Shown here one piece after another: positions 42,956 through 59,292 of a stretch of DNA of 64,000 nt. Every line of letters begins with the position of its first letter. The stretch's first letter is position 1. The stretch spans positions 47,120,001 to 47,184,000 of the forward strand of contig OZ024750.1 in assembly GCA_964016885.1 (NCBI GenBank). The letters run 5' to 3'. Under the pieces are notes generated by a model. It did not search any database. It was not told the DNA's origin and was given only the letters and a program-made list of their open reading frames with translations. The stretch is from Eledone cirrhosa (Eukaryota). The position numbers were made by a program, and so were the translations under genes.

Positions 42956-43001
42956 GATACATATATAGACACTTATCTGACGTTATATAGATACACATGT
43001 G

Positions 43002-43035
<34 letters not shown>

Positions 43036-43216
43036 GATAGAGAGAGAGCCACTGCGGATGGCGTTTATAGAAATATTCTTACACACAGACACACACACAC
43101 ACACATGTGTTGTATATGGAGTGATGATATGTGTTGGTGACGTTGATGGTTGTTTAATTATGGCGATGTGTCTGGTGGTGCTGGTGGTGTTTGCGATATG
43201 GTATTTGAGGGTCGAA

Positions 43217-43274
<58 letters not shown>

Positions 43275-43279
43275 TATAT

Positions 43280-43342
<63 letters not shown>

Positions 43343-43343
43343 T

Positions 43344-43377
<34 letters not shown>

Positions 43378-43399
43378 GTAGAAGTTCTATTTACTTGGT

Positions 43400-43463
43400 G
43401 TCCTTGAAATATGTATAATGAAATAAATAGGGTTTTATGAATATAGTTTCCATTTGTTAATAT
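43400..43463 (+). mobile_element. Family I terminus fragment (3' half of HHR)
   Basis: TCCTTGAAATATGTATAATGAAATAAATAGGGTTTTATGAATATAGTTTCCATTT resembles 59334-59390. Confidence 0.6.
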
Positions 43464-43466
43464 ATC

Positions 43467-43522
<56 letters not shown>

Positions 43523-44413
43523 GAAAAATAGGGAGCTGTGTGATTTCTTGACAAAGAGTATATACAGATTACATGATAGCGCAGACGGGGGAACCCTCTC
43601 CTTCAGTTGTCTGCTGGAGATCACGGATATTTGTTAGACAATATGTCTATCTCCAATGTGTTAATAACTTGTGGCAGTTATTAGTGAAGAAAGGGAGAGA
43701 GAAACAAAAAACAATAAAACAGAAGGGACAAAAGGCGAACACGAGGAGTGTACGTCTATCTATGTAAGTTGCAATCTCTAGCAGACATCTGAAGAAGGGA
43801 TTTTCACCGTTGCGCTTTACTTTTACATTTAAATACACTTCATCAAGTAACCACATTTTTTATTAATTTTTTGCTGTGACTTCTTTCTTTTCTCCATTTA
43901 CACTGTTGTCATTAACTCTTTCCCCTTCTTCCCCTCCCTTTTTCTCTCTCTCTATATCGCTCTATTTCTCTCTCTACTTCTCTCTCCCTCCTCTCACTTG
44001 TATTCTTTTTCTCTCCGGTCCACTACTATTTCCCTTTTATCACGTCCCAGCCTTTTTCGCCTACTCCCGTCGAGGTTCGACATGTTTCCATCGCACTCAC
44101 TGTCAACAAAACCTCAGACTTATGTTCAGTAGCTGTTTTTATTTTTCTCTTTTTCTCTCTCTCCAGGTTACGTATTTACATACATAGGCTCATCTCGTTT
44201 ATTCCCCTTTGTCGGTATGTTATCTGCGTTTTCAATTTCCTTTTTCTCCATGTGTATAATTATTTTTTTCTTTGTCTCTACTTTTTCCCCAATAACTTCC
44301 ACAAGTTATTGACACACTGGAGTTAGACATATTGTCTTTAATGCGTTGAAATGTCAGTGCCAGCAGGGGCAGACAACAGTAGGAGGCATCGTCCCCTGCT
44401 GTGCTCTGCTTTG

Positions 44414-45106
<693 letters not shown>

Positions 45107-45303
45107 GTAGATAAATCTACCAAGAGTTTAAGGTAGTGTCCAATCCGTATGAAGAACTCAATGTATTCCGGATATCATGGAAAGAAGAGATGTAATGAAA
45201 AATCACTTTCGGTGAAAGATAAACGGTATACAGAGTCAAGATAAAATATTAAACAAATAATGAATAAACAATGAAAACAGTTCCTTATATTAAACAAAAA
45301 AAG

Positions 45304-45457
45304 TTCATTATTTAACGATCGTTTCTAGGATATATATGTGTTAGAATTGGCATGCATATTCAACAGATCTATGTACAAAATTATACAAAATTATACAAAC
45401 TATCAAGATTAAATATACATACCAACACATATATACGCCGTCTTCAGAAATAATGAA
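45304..45457 (-). ncRNA. Hammerhead ribozyme (family C)
   Basis: Reverse complement of 54010-54163. Confidence 0.72.
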
Positions 45458-46100
45458 ATATATTTATTGATAATAACAACAATTCAAAATTTCAGGTCCG
45501 TTTGGGAACAAAATTGACCAATGAAAATACAAAAGGTTTAATGCAGTTCGGTGTGTGTATATACATGTAACTACCCTTACACATATTTTACAAAAATGTA
45601 TGCACAACTTGTATACGCATACGAAAAGGATGGATGCAAATACAAAATTTCAAGGTTAATGTCTCTGTAAGTTTATAATGCACAGATAAGATGCGTATAG
45701 ACACATAAATATGAAATAAGTGTATATACATATTTTCATACTCACTCATATCCGTACAATCACACATACACACGCGTATATGCATAAACATACACATAAA
45801 CTACGAACATACAAACACACACACACCCCCACTCACATATATATATGTGGATATAAAATCCTAAGCACATGGATATTAATTCACTCACATAAACATTGGC
45901 ACACACATTTAGATCAAGATACAGAAATTAGGTGGGAGGGGGGGAGAGGTCAGTATTCAACTGTTTGGGCAGACTGCTTAATATAGATGTATCTATAAAC
46001 TAAGAAAATAAAAAATAATAAATAATAAATAAACATTAAAAAGGAAAGAAAAGAAAAAGAAAAAGAAAAAGAAAAAAGAAAAAAGAAATATATCAAGAAA

Positions 46101-46157
<57 letters not shown>

Positions 46158-46323
46158 CACGTACATACACACATATATATACACATACACACATACAAAC
46201 ACATACATACATATACACACATCCACACTTAGAACATACATACACACACATATATAAACATATACATATACACACATACATACATATACACACATACATA
46301 CAAATACACACATATATATACAC

Positions 46324-46372
<49 letters not shown>

Positions 46373-46679
46373 CTCATACATACACATATAATCACACATA
46401 CTATATAGACACACATATATATACACACATACACGCACATATACATACACTTACATACATATATACATACAGAAATACACATACATACCTATATATACAC
46501 ACAAATACATACAGACATACATACATACATACAGACAAATACTTAGGCATCTATATATCGGTATATACATACAAACACCACTACACTCTCACACAACTCA
46601 GACATACAAAGAAAAAGGTATATACCTATACACATATACATATACAAATAGAGAAACATATACATATATATATATATAT

Positions 46680-46722
<43 letters not shown>

Positions 46723-47555
46723 CATACATATACACATATACACACATACACATACATACACATACATACATGTACACACACATAGATATATATACACATA
46801 CACACATACACACATACATATTTAGTCATACACACACATACACCTACACGAACATACACATACACATATATAAAGATATATATACACACACACACACACA
46901 CATACACACACACACATATATATAAAAAATGAAGATATATATATATATATATATATACACATACATATACATACACACATACATAGACATATATGTACAT
47001 ACATACACATACATAGATACATACACACACATACATTCATATATATATACACACATAGACATATACTTACATACACACACAACATACATACACACATATA
47101 TACTCATACATAGAATTAGATATATAATCATACATACATACGCACTTACATATACTCATATATACAAATACATACGCATCCATATATGCGTATATACATA
47201 GAAACACCACTACACCCTCACCCAACTCAGACATACAAAGAAAAAGGCATATACATATACATATATACACGCATTAATAGAGATATATATACACATATAT
47301 ATATATATATATATACACACATACACTTATATATATATACTCACACCCACATACAACCAAAAATACACATACAAACACCCACATATACATATATATACAC
47401 ATATATATATATACACACACATAAAAAACAGACATGCACATATATATTTTTTTACACACATATATACACATATATATATATACATATACACACCCTCACA
47501 TATACACACATACACATAAGTTATATTATAATAATAAATAATATATATATATAAC

Positions 47556-47614
<59 letters not shown>

Positions 47615-47875
47615 CGAATATAGACATACATACGCACATAGATACATATATATATATACATATACACATACATATACACACACACATATACACACTCACA
47701 TATACATGTGTGTGCACACACACATATATACACATACACACGTATACACATAAACACATATATGTGTATACATGCGCACACACACATATATCCACATAGA
47801 TACGAAGATAGACATATAAATAGAGAGACATACATATATATACACACACACACATATACATACATACATACACAC

Positions 47876-47952
<77 letters not shown>

Positions 47953-48635
47953 CACATATATATACACACATGCATATATACACATATACACATACATACA
48001 CACACATATATATACACACACAATCTTACATTCTTATTTGCATGCGCATATATGTATTTTTATATTCAGATATAAATACCCAAACATATATACACCTACC
48101 TACATATATATTCATACATACACGCCTACAAACACAGATGGTAATAGTATGGGGGAAAGGGGGGGGGTTGGAGAAGGGGATTATAGTAAATATATGTTTC
48201 AAGAAACATAGAATATTATCCGTATCAGGATCCAATGTATATTTTTTTACATAGTTTCAGTGTTAGGAAATACAATAAACAAGAAATAAGGCAAAATTTA
48301 TGCATTTCAAAATAAATAAGTATACCATTAAATTATATGTTAACTAAACTAAAGATAGTTAACATATTGATTTCTAAGGTGTAAATTAGTTAGGTTTATA
48401 ATATTTGAAGCAGAATTTTGAAGTTAAATATTAGTAGAGTATTAATTATAGTATAACTAAATTAAAGTTAATAACGTTATGGTATCAATATTAGGAAATG
48501 AATTTAGTAATAGGGAAAAAACAAATAAAGTATTACATCGGTAGTAGAATATAAATTATAGGTTAACTAAATTAAAAATTATATATTTATTTCTATAGTA
48601 TATGTTAATTAGGTATATAGTAAATAAAACAGATA

Positions 48636-50090
48636 TTGTATTTTATCAATAGCAGAATATATCCCCACCTCAAAGGTGGTTTATATCGTGATGACTGTCT
48701 TCTTCTTTCTAACAACCTTAGCCTTTCAGAAATTGAAAAAAACAAAAAACATATTAGAACTTTCCTTAAAGACTATTATAATCTTAATATTACTTTTGAA
48801 AAAACAAGTAAAGTAGTAAATTTCCTAGATATAACTTTAGATTTAGCTACGGGTATCTACCAACCTTACCATAAACCAAACCAAAACTTACATTACATAC
48901 ACTCACAATCTAATCACCCTAAATCTATCCTTAAAAACCTTGCATATAATATATCACTTAGAATTTCTAACCTTTCTTCTAACCAAGATGTATTTGATAA
49001 AAATGCGACCTTCTATAACGAAGCTCTAGATAGAAGTGGCCACAAAAATAGATTAGAATATATACCTTCTACTAAAAATACTGAAAGCATACAACCTAAT
49101 ATTACCAACAAACACCAAATGAAAAGTACACACCTAAATGCCACCCACACTATACCCCAAAATACCAAATCTTCTAATATAAAGTATAGTAACTCTCAAA
49201 AAACTACTCATCATACAACTCTAATAAATATTAATAATAAAACTCCTAATAAAAAGGATAAAACACCTAAATCTACAAATATAACTAAAAATGGTTGTGG
49301 TGAGATCATTAACATTAATCCTCCTAGTAAAAATCACGATACAACCTATAAAAATAATAAAAATAATAAACAACATAGAAACCGTAATAGACGGGTTACT
49401 TGGTATAATGCTCCATTTAATTTACAAATTAAGGATAATATTGCTAAAAAATTTTTTTATATCCTAGAGAAAAACTTCCCGCCAAACCACAAATACCATC
49501 AAATCTTAAATAGGTCTACAGTTAAATTCTCATATTCTACAACAAATAACATAAAACAAAATATAAGTGCCTATAATGCATATAAATGTAAGAAAACCAT
49601 AAGTATACCACCAGTACATCAAATTAACCATAATATCTCCTCAAATACAGAATTAACGAAAGGTTGTAACTGTAGAAACAAAGCAAACTGCCCATTAAAA
49701 GGGAATTGTCTTGTTAACAACATAGTCTATAAATGTAATGTTAAAACTAAAGATTCTATTTGCTCATATATAGGAGCTACCTCTAACAATTTTAAGACAA
49801 GGTTTAATACCCACAAGCATAGTTTTAAAAATGCCGCACTGGCTAATACAACATCTCTAGCAGAAAAAATCAATATTTATAAAAATAAGAATATAGAATA
49901 TGATTTGAGCTGGAGTGTGCTCAAAAGAGCCACCCCTTATCAAAATAATAGAAATGAATGTAGATTATGTTCCCAAGAACTATTTGAAATAATGAAATCT
50001 AAGGATATCCTATTAAATAAACGACAGGAATTAATTATATCGTGTAATCATAAACTAAAAAAAACATTTAAATATTATAAACCTAATTAA
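48636..50090 (+). CDS. PLE RT (from YRDD motif)-GIY-YIG endonuclease, uninterrupted but 5'-truncated; first ~8 codons come from the inverted arm
   Basis: GGLYRDD, VNFLDITL, SNHP, WYNAPF, CNCRNKANCPL, IVY...YIG, FKTRFNTH, CRLC..E, CNH. Confidence 0.88.
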   Translation: MYFINSRIYPHLKGGLYRDDCLLLSNNLSLSEIEKNKKHIRTFLKDYYNLNITFEKTSKVVNFLDITLDLATGIYQPYHKPNQNLHYIHSQSNHPKSILKNLAYNISLRISNLSSNQDVFDKNATFYNEALDRSGHKNRLEYIPSTKNTESIQPNITNKHQMKSTHLNATHTIPQNTKSSNIKYSNSQKTTHHTTLININNKTPNKKDKTPKSTNITKNGCGEIININPPSKNHDTTYKNNKNNKQHRNRNRRVTWYNAPFNLQIKDNIAKKFFYILEKNFPPNHKYHQILNRSTVKFSYSTTNNIKQNISAYNAYKCKKTISIPPVHQINHNISSNTELTKGCNCRNKANCPLKGNCLVNNIVYKCNVKTKDSICSYIGATSNNFKTRFNTHKHSFKNAALANTTSLAEKINIYKNKNIEYDLSWSVLKRATPYQNNRNECRLCSQELFEIMKSKDILLNKRQELIISCNHKLKKTFKYYKPN

Positions 50091-51414
50091 TAACATTATT
50101 TTAGAAATTAATTTAATTTAAATGTTAGTTAACCTATAAATTTAATTTAATTAAAATTCTATTACAGTTGAGAATATAAAATATTATGTAATCATAAATT
50201 GTGAAAAACCTTTAAATATTACTAATATATACTTAGTAATTTAATTTATAGATTAATTTTAATTTATTTAAACCTTTTATTATAATTCTTTTACAGATAA
50301 AATATAACAAAATATCGTGTATCCAATGACAGAGAATTAACTTTTAGTATTATAGACCTAATTAATATACATTTTAGAAATATATTTATAATTTGGTTTT
50401 AATTTTAATCAACCTAAAAATTTAATTTAATTGGCTTAACATTCGTATCCTTATACAGACGAATTGCAGAATGTCATGTAATCATAGAATGGGATGTGTT
50501 TTGGATATATACCTAGTTAATATATTCTTTGCAATTTTTGAAAAAATATGTATATGTATATGTGTATGTGTATGTGTGTGTGTATATGTGTATATATGTA
50601 TATATATGGGTATATATATGTGTATATATATATGTGTATGTATATGTATATGTATATGTATTAATTTTGATTTCTATTTGCATATAATTATATTCTGCTA
50701 TTGATAAAATACAATATCTGTTTTATTTACTATATACCTAATTAACATATACTATAGAAATAAATATATAATTTTTTAATTTAGTTAACCTATAATTTAT
50801 ATTCTACTACCGATGTAATACTTTATTTGTTTTTTCCCTATTACTAAATTCATTTCCTAATATTGATACCATAACGTTATTAACTTTAATTTAGTTATAC
50901 TATAATTAATACTCTACTACTATTTAACTTCAAAATTCTGCTTCAAATATTATAAACCTAACTAATTTACACCTTAGAAATCAATATGTTAACTATCTTT
51001 AGTTTAGTTAACATATAATTTAATGGTATACTTATTTATTTTGAAATGCATAAATTTTGCCTTATTTCTTGTTTATTGTATTTCCTAACACTGAAACTAT
51101 GTAAAAAAATATACATTGGATCCTGATACGGATAATATTCTATGTTTCTTGAAACATATATTTACTATAATCCCCTTCTCCAACCCCCCCCCCCTTTCCC
51201 CCATACTATTACCATCTGTGTTTGTAGGCGTGTATGTATGAATATATATGTAGGTAGGTTTATATATGTTTGGGTATTTATATCTGAATATAAAAATACA
51301 TATATGCGCATGCAAATAAGAATGTAAGATTGCGTGTGTATATATATGTGTGTGTATGTATGTGTATATGTGTATATATGCATGTGTGTATATATATGTG
51401 TATGTGTATGTGTG

Positions 51415-51489
<75 letters not shown>

Positions 51490-51748
51490 GTGTGTATGTA
51501 TGTATGTATATGTGTGTGTGTGTATATATATGTATGTCTCTCTATTTATATGTCTATCTTCGTATCTATGTGGATATATGTGTGTGTGCGCATGTATACA
51601 CATATATGTGTTTATGTGTATACGTGTGTATGTGTATATATGTGTGTGTGCACACACATGTATATGTGAGTGTGTATATGTGTGTGTGTATATGTATGTG
51701 TATATGTATATATATATGTATCTATGTGCGTATGTATGTCTATATTCG

Positions 51749-51803
<55 letters not shown>

Positions 51804-52395
51804 GTTATATATATATATTATTTATTATTATAATATAACTTATGTGTATGTGTGTATATGTGAGGGTGTGTATATGTATATATATATATGTGTATATATG
51901 TGTGTAAAAAAATATATATGTGCATGTCTGTTTTTTATGTGTGTGTATATATATATATGTGTATATATATGTATATGTGGGTGTTTGTATGTGTATTTTT
52001 GGTTGTATGTGGGTGTGAGTATATATATATAAGTGTATGTGTGTATATATATATATATATATATGTGTATATATATCTCTATTAATGCGTGTATATATGT
52101 ATATGTATATGCCTTTTTCTTTGTATGTCTGAGTTGGGTGAGGGTGTAGTGGTGTTTCTATGTATATACGCATATATGGATGCGTATGTATTTGTATATA
52201 TGAGTATATGTAAGTGCGTATGTATGTATGATTATATATCTAATTCTATGTATGAGTATATATGTGTGTATGTATGTTGTGTGTGTATGTAAGTATATGT
52301 CTATGTGTGTATGTATATATGTATGTATGTGTGTGTATGTATCTATGTATGTGTATGTATGTACATATATGTCTATGTATGTGTGTATGTATATG

Positions 52396-52466
<71 letters not shown>

Positions 52467-52674
52467 TCATTTTTTATATATATGTGTGTGTGTGTATGTG
52501 TGTGTGTGTGTGTATATATATCTTTATATATGTGTATGTGTATGTTCGTGTAGGTGTATGTGTGTGTATGACTAAATATGTATGTGTGTATGTGTGTATG
52601 TGTATATATATCTATGTGTGTGTACATGTATGTATGTGTATGTATGTGTATGTGTGTATATGTGTATATGTATG

Positions 52675-52726
<52 letters not shown>

Positions 52727-53018
52727 TGTATATGTTTCTCTATTTGTATATGTATATGTGTATAGGTATATACCTTTTTCTTTGTATGTCTGAGTTGTGT
52801 GAGAGTGTAGTGGTGTTTGTATGTATATACCGATATATAGATGCCTAAGTATTTGTCTGTATGTATGTATGTATGTCTGTATGTATTTGTGTGTATATAT
52901 AGGTATGTATGTGTATTTCTGTATGTATATATGTATGTAAGTGTATGTATATGTGCGTGTATGTGTGTATATATATGTGTGTCTATATAGTATGTGTGAT
53001 TATATGTGTATGTATGAG

Positions 53019-53069
<51 letters not shown>

Positions 53070-53235
53070 GTGTATATATATGTGTGTATTTGTATGTATG
53101 TGTGTATATGTATGTATGTGTGTATATGTATATGTTTATATATGTGTGTGTATGTATGTTCTAAGTGTGGACGTGTGTATATGTATGTATGTGTTTGTAT
53201 GTGTGCATGTGTATATATATGTGTGTATGTACGTG

Positions 53236-53375
<140 letters not shown>

Positions 53376-54009
53376 CTTGATATATTTCTTTTTTCTTTTT
53401 TCTTTTTCTTTTTCTTTTCTTTCCTTTTTAATGTTTATTTATTATTTATTATTTTTTATTTTCTTAGTTTATAGATACATCTATATTAAGCAGTCTGCCC
53501 AAACAGTTGAATACTGACCTCTCCCCCCCTCCCACCTAATTTCTGTATCTTGATCTAAATGTGTGTGCCAATGTTTATGTGAGTGAATTAATATCCATGT
53601 GCTTAGGATTTTATATCCACATATATATATGTGAGTGGGGGTGTGTGTGTGTTTGTATGTTCGTAGTTTATGTGTATGTTTATGCATATACGCGTGTGTA
53701 TGTGTGATTGTACGGATATGAGTGAGTATGAAAATATGTATATACACTTATTTCATATTTATGTGTCTATACGCATCTTATCTGTGCATTATAAACTTAC
53801 AGAGACATTAACCTTGAAATTTTGTATTTGCATCCATCCTTTTCGTATGCGTATACAAGTTGTGCATACATTTTTGTAAAATATGTGTAAGGGTAGTTAC
53901 ATGTATATACACACACCGAACTGCATTAAACCTTTTGTATTTTCATTGGTCAATTTTGTTCCCAAACGGACCTGAAATTTTGAATTGTTGTTATTATCAA
54001 TAAATATAT

Positions 54010-54163
54010 TTCATTATTTCTGAAGACGGCGTATATATGTGTTGGTATGTATATTTAATCTTGATAGTTTGTATAATTTTGTATAATTTTGTACATAGAT
54101 CTGTTGAATATGCATGCCAATTCTAACACATATATATCCTAGAAACGATCGTTAAATAATGAA
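54010..54163 (+). ncRNA. Hammerhead ribozyme (family C), ~115-nt stem II
   Basis: 10-bp stem I TTCATTATTT/AAATAATGAA; CTGAAGA; TATATATGTGTT/AACACATATATA; GAAA; palindromic AACGATCGTT; cleavage GUU. Confidence 0.75.
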
Positions 54164-54225
54164 CTTTTTTTGTTTAATATAAGGAACTGTTTTCATTGTT
54201 TATTCATTATTTGTTTAATATTTTA

Positions 54226-54280
54226 CATATATATATATATACATATATATATATGAATATATATATATAAATATATATAC

Positions 54281-54311
<31 letters not shown>

Positions 54312-54399
54312 CATATATATATATGAATATATATATATATTTATATATATATATATATATATATGTATATACATATATATATATGAATATATATACATT

Positions 54400-54437
<38 letters not shown>

Positions 54438-54449
54438 TATAGATATACA

Positions 54450-54501
<52 letters not shown>

Positions 54502-54564
54502 CATATATATATATACATATATATATATATACATATATAAATATATATACGTATATATATATAA

Positions 54565-54595
<31 letters not shown>

Positions 54596-54660
54596 CATAT
54601 ATATATAAATATATATACATATATATATAAATATATATACATATATATATATATACATAA

Positions 54661-54743
<83 letters not shown>

Positions 54744-54781
54744 CATAAATATATATACATATATATATATATTTATACATA

Positions 54782-54823
<42 letters not shown>

Positions 54824-54831
54824 CATAAATG

Positions 54832-54881
<50 letters not shown>

Positions 54882-55144
54882 CATGACTATATATATATAT
54901 ATACATAAATAAATATACATATATATATATATACATTACATATATATATATATATACATAAATATATATACATATATATATATATACATTACATATATAT
55001 ATATATATACATAAATATATATACATATATATACATAAATATATATACATATATATGTATACATAAATATATATACATATATATATATATTTATACATAT
55101 ATATATACATATACATATATACATATATATATATACATATACAT

Positions 55145-55177
<33 letters not shown>

Positions 55178-55194
55178 CATATATATATATATAC

Positions 55195-55225
<31 letters not shown>

Positions 55226-55425
55226 CATATATAGATGAGATTCTACAGGACTAGAACTGTTTCATTCATTAGAAATCATCAGGAATCTCAGAGATTCCTG
55301 ATGATTTCTAATGAATGAAACAGTTCTAGTCCTCTAGAATCTCATCTATATTAAAACTGTTATACTCTGCTATGTATTGAGTACCTTACTTACTGTGGTT
55401 ACCTCCGACTCAACCCGGAATAACG

Positions 55426-55457
<32 letters not shown>

Positions 55458-55460
55458 CAA

Positions 55461-55555
<95 letters not shown>

Positions 55556-55576
55556 CATATATATATTTACATATAC

Positions 55577-55629
<53 letters not shown>

Positions 55630-55716
55630 CATATATATATACATATATATATATATACATATACATATATATATATATACATATATATATATACATATAT
55701 ATATAAATATTTATAC

Positions 55717-55749
<33 letters not shown>

Positions 55750-55788
55750 CATATACATTTATATATATACACACACATATATTTATAT

Positions 55789-55848
<60 letters not shown>

Positions 55849-55909
55849 TTATATATATATATATATATATACATATAAATATATATATACATATAAATAT
55901 ATATATACT

Positions 55910-55969
<60 letters not shown>

Positions 55970-55983
55970 TATATACATATAAT

Positions 55984-56051
<68 letters not shown>

Positions 56052-56082
56052 TATATATATTATATGTATATATATATATATG

Positions 56083-56122
<40 letters not shown>

Positions 56123-56229
56123 TATATATATATATATATTATATGTATATATATATATATTATATGTATATATATATATATTATATGTATATATATATAC
56201 ATATATATATATTATATGTATATATTATG

Positions 56230-56293
<64 letters not shown>

Positions 56294-56382
56294 TATATTA
56301 TGTATATATATATATATATTATATGTATATATATATTTATATATATATATATTTATTATGTATATTTATATATATATATATA

Positions 56383-56438
<56 letters not shown>

Positions 56439-56469
56439 TATGTATATATATATATATAATATATATATA

Positions 56470-56536
<67 letters not shown>

Positions 56537-56616
56537 TATATGTATATACATATATATATTATATGTATATACATATATATATATATATGTATATACATAT
56601 ATATATATATATATTT

Positions 56617-56670
<54 letters not shown>
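54226..56670. repeat. 2.4-kb (TA)n-derived array
   Basis: Direct reading; interrupted at 55230-55425. Confidence 0.95.
55230..55425. mobile_element. PLE terminus family J: 120-bp palindrome of two back-to-back HHRs (55237-55289 minus; 55291-55343 plus) plus tail
   Basis: GAGATTC-CTGATGA-TTTC TAAT GAAT-GAAA-CAG TTCTAGTC CTG-TA^GAATCTC; degraded relative at 11579-11628. Confidence 0.8.
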
Positions 56671-56672
<2 letters not shown>

Positions 56673-56809
56673 TATACATGGAAAGTTATATTTGAATTGT
56701 TGGGTTAACAACGAGTAAATATTTATAACTGATATAAAAGCACTCAACAAGTATTTGGAGTTTATTTATGATATTAAATAAATGGAAACTATATTTATAA
56801 AACCATATT

Positions 56810-56875
56810 TATTTCGTTATATATATTTCAGGGATATCATATTAACAATATGTTATGCCGTCTTCAGACAAAATA
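56810..56875 (-). ncRNA. Hammerhead ribozyme (family I)
   Basis: TATTTTGT-CTGAAGA-CGGCATAACATATT GTT AATATGATATCCCT-GAAA-TATATA-TA^ACGAAATA. Confidence 0.75.
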
Positions 56876-58193
56876 CAATATAAACAGTCTTATAAATAAA
56901 TAGATACGACATACCTTTCAATCACCTTGCATTTGGGAGGTTGATTTGGTAGTAAAGAATATTGTGGACAGTTGTAAAAAGAAAGAGATAAAGAGAGAAA
57001 GAAAGAGAAACGAAGAAAAAGAAGAAATGCATGTGACTAAATAGAGGGATATAGAAAGATAGATAAAGAGAAGAACTTCATGTAAAGAAACAGAGAGAAA
57101 TATATATAGAGAGAGGAAAGAAGAAAAAAGAAAGAGATAGATAGAGATAGATAGAGAAATTAGGAAGTTGAGTATCGGTTGATACATTTATTTATTTATT
57201 TATTTACTTATTTATTTAGCTCTAGTATTAATGTAAAGAGAGATGTATGTAGTTAAGAGAGAAAATAGCCGTTATATAGAGAGAAAAAAGAGAAAATGAA
57301 AAAGAGAAAATGAAACACAACCAGACATACACGATGCAGAATTTAAAACCGCTATGTTTTATCCGTAGAAAATATTAGTTCATATAAAATAGGCATTATA
57401 ATGTAAGTACCAGTATTCATGAATGAGACATGTATCTATAAAGTGTGAAAAGTAATGATCTTATGTCTAGTTTTTAAAAATTCATATGTTTATATCATAA
57501 TTATAAACAAACTCCCAATTCACACGAAAACATTCTCATTGTGCTATAAAAATTCAAGTATACATATATGTGTGTATATATACACATATATATAGAGAGT
57601 CTATATTAATTTTAACAATACTACTCTTGTCTTTATTCTACCTGATTGTCGATCAAGCAGAAATAGAGAATAGATTTCAATATATTAATAAAAATAAAAA
57701 TAAAAATAAAAATAAAAATAAAAATGAAAATAAAAATATCAGAGACAAGAAAATAAATAAATAAATAAACAGAAAACTAAAACATTGAATATTAAAAATA
57801 AAAAATATTACAAAATATTAAAAAATATTAAAAAATAATACAAATAAAACACAGAGATCAGCCTTTCAAAGTTAATTGACAATATATTGCCAAGATCATC
57901 ATAAGCATCAGAGTCGAAACAGATAAAACAAAAATTGTTTACCAAATCCTGTCTAGCAGAAATCATTCCAAAAGTTTAGGATACCCATTTGGTCTACATA
58001 TGTTCTTTTATATAATATAGAAGTTTATCTAGTTTAAAATTTAATTCGATATATTTGGAGCATCAGCTTTTAGGGTAGTTTAATTATTCATGAAGAATGT
58101 TTTAATAAAAGAATGTTTTAATAAAAAGAAGAAATCGAAAGATTTATCGGCTAGTTTCATAAATAATTACAAATCAAATCAAAACAAACATAA

Positions 58194-58466
58194 TTACATT
58201 TTAAATTTAAATTTATATTTAAACGTTGAGTTCAATCTATGTCTGCAGCAACTGAATAAATTTGTCCGTAGATTAAGGGAATTTTTAGATTTTAGTATAA
58301 AGAATATCTCCTCCGCACAGAGGTCACATGTCTCAGAGGATGAATTAAAAGGAATCCCCCTTGAAACTATATTCCAAGTCGTCAAATATCTAACATTATC
58401 ATGCCTAAGTTGCCAGAGTACGCCTGATAGTGCTGTTGAAGATTTTTTGGATGGATCTGTGAAAGA
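58194..58466 (-). pseudogene. C-terminal GIY-YIG fragment of PLE-I
   Basis: SFTDPSKKSSTALS..W.L.....W.I....PF.....CDLCAEEIFFIL...LNLR....CRH, parallel to the ends of the other PLE ORFs. Confidence 0.85.
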
Positions 58467-59292
58467 ATTTTTATTTTTATTAATATATTGAAATCTGTTC
58501 TCTATTTCTGCTTGATCGACAATCAGGTAGAATAAAGACAAGAGTAGTATTGTTAAAAGTAATATAGACTCTATATATATATGTGTATATATACACACAT
58601 ATATGTATACTTGAATTTTTATAGCACAATGAGAATGTTTTCGTGTGAATTGGGAGTTTGTTTATAATTATGATATAAACATATGAATTTTTAAAAACTA
58701 GACATAAGATCATTACTTTTCACACATTATAGATACATGTCTCATTCATGAATACTGGTACTTACATTATAATGCCTGTTTTATATGAACTAATATTTTC
58801 TACGGATAAAACATAGCGGTTTTAAATTCTGCATCGTGTATGTCTGGTTGTGTTTCATTTTCTCTTTTTCATTTTCTCTTTTTTCTCTATATATAACGGC
58901 TATTTTCTCTCTTAACTACATACATCTCTCTTTACATTTATACTAGAGCTTAATAAATAAATAAATAAATAAATAAATAAATGTATCAACCGATACTCAA
59001 CTTCCTAATTTCTCTATCTATCTCTATCTATCTCTTTCTTTTTTCTTCTTTCCTCTCTCTATATATATTTCTCTCTGTTTCTTTACATGAAGTTCTTCTC
59101 TTTATCTATCTTTCTATATCCCTCTATTTAGTCACATGCATTTCTTCTTTTTCTTCGTTTCTCTTTCTTTCTCTCTTTATCTCTTTCTTTTTACAACTTT
59201 CCACAATATTCTTTACTACCAAATCAACCTCCCAAATGCAAGGTGATTGAAAGGTATGTCGTATCTATTTATTTATAAGACTGTTTATATTG

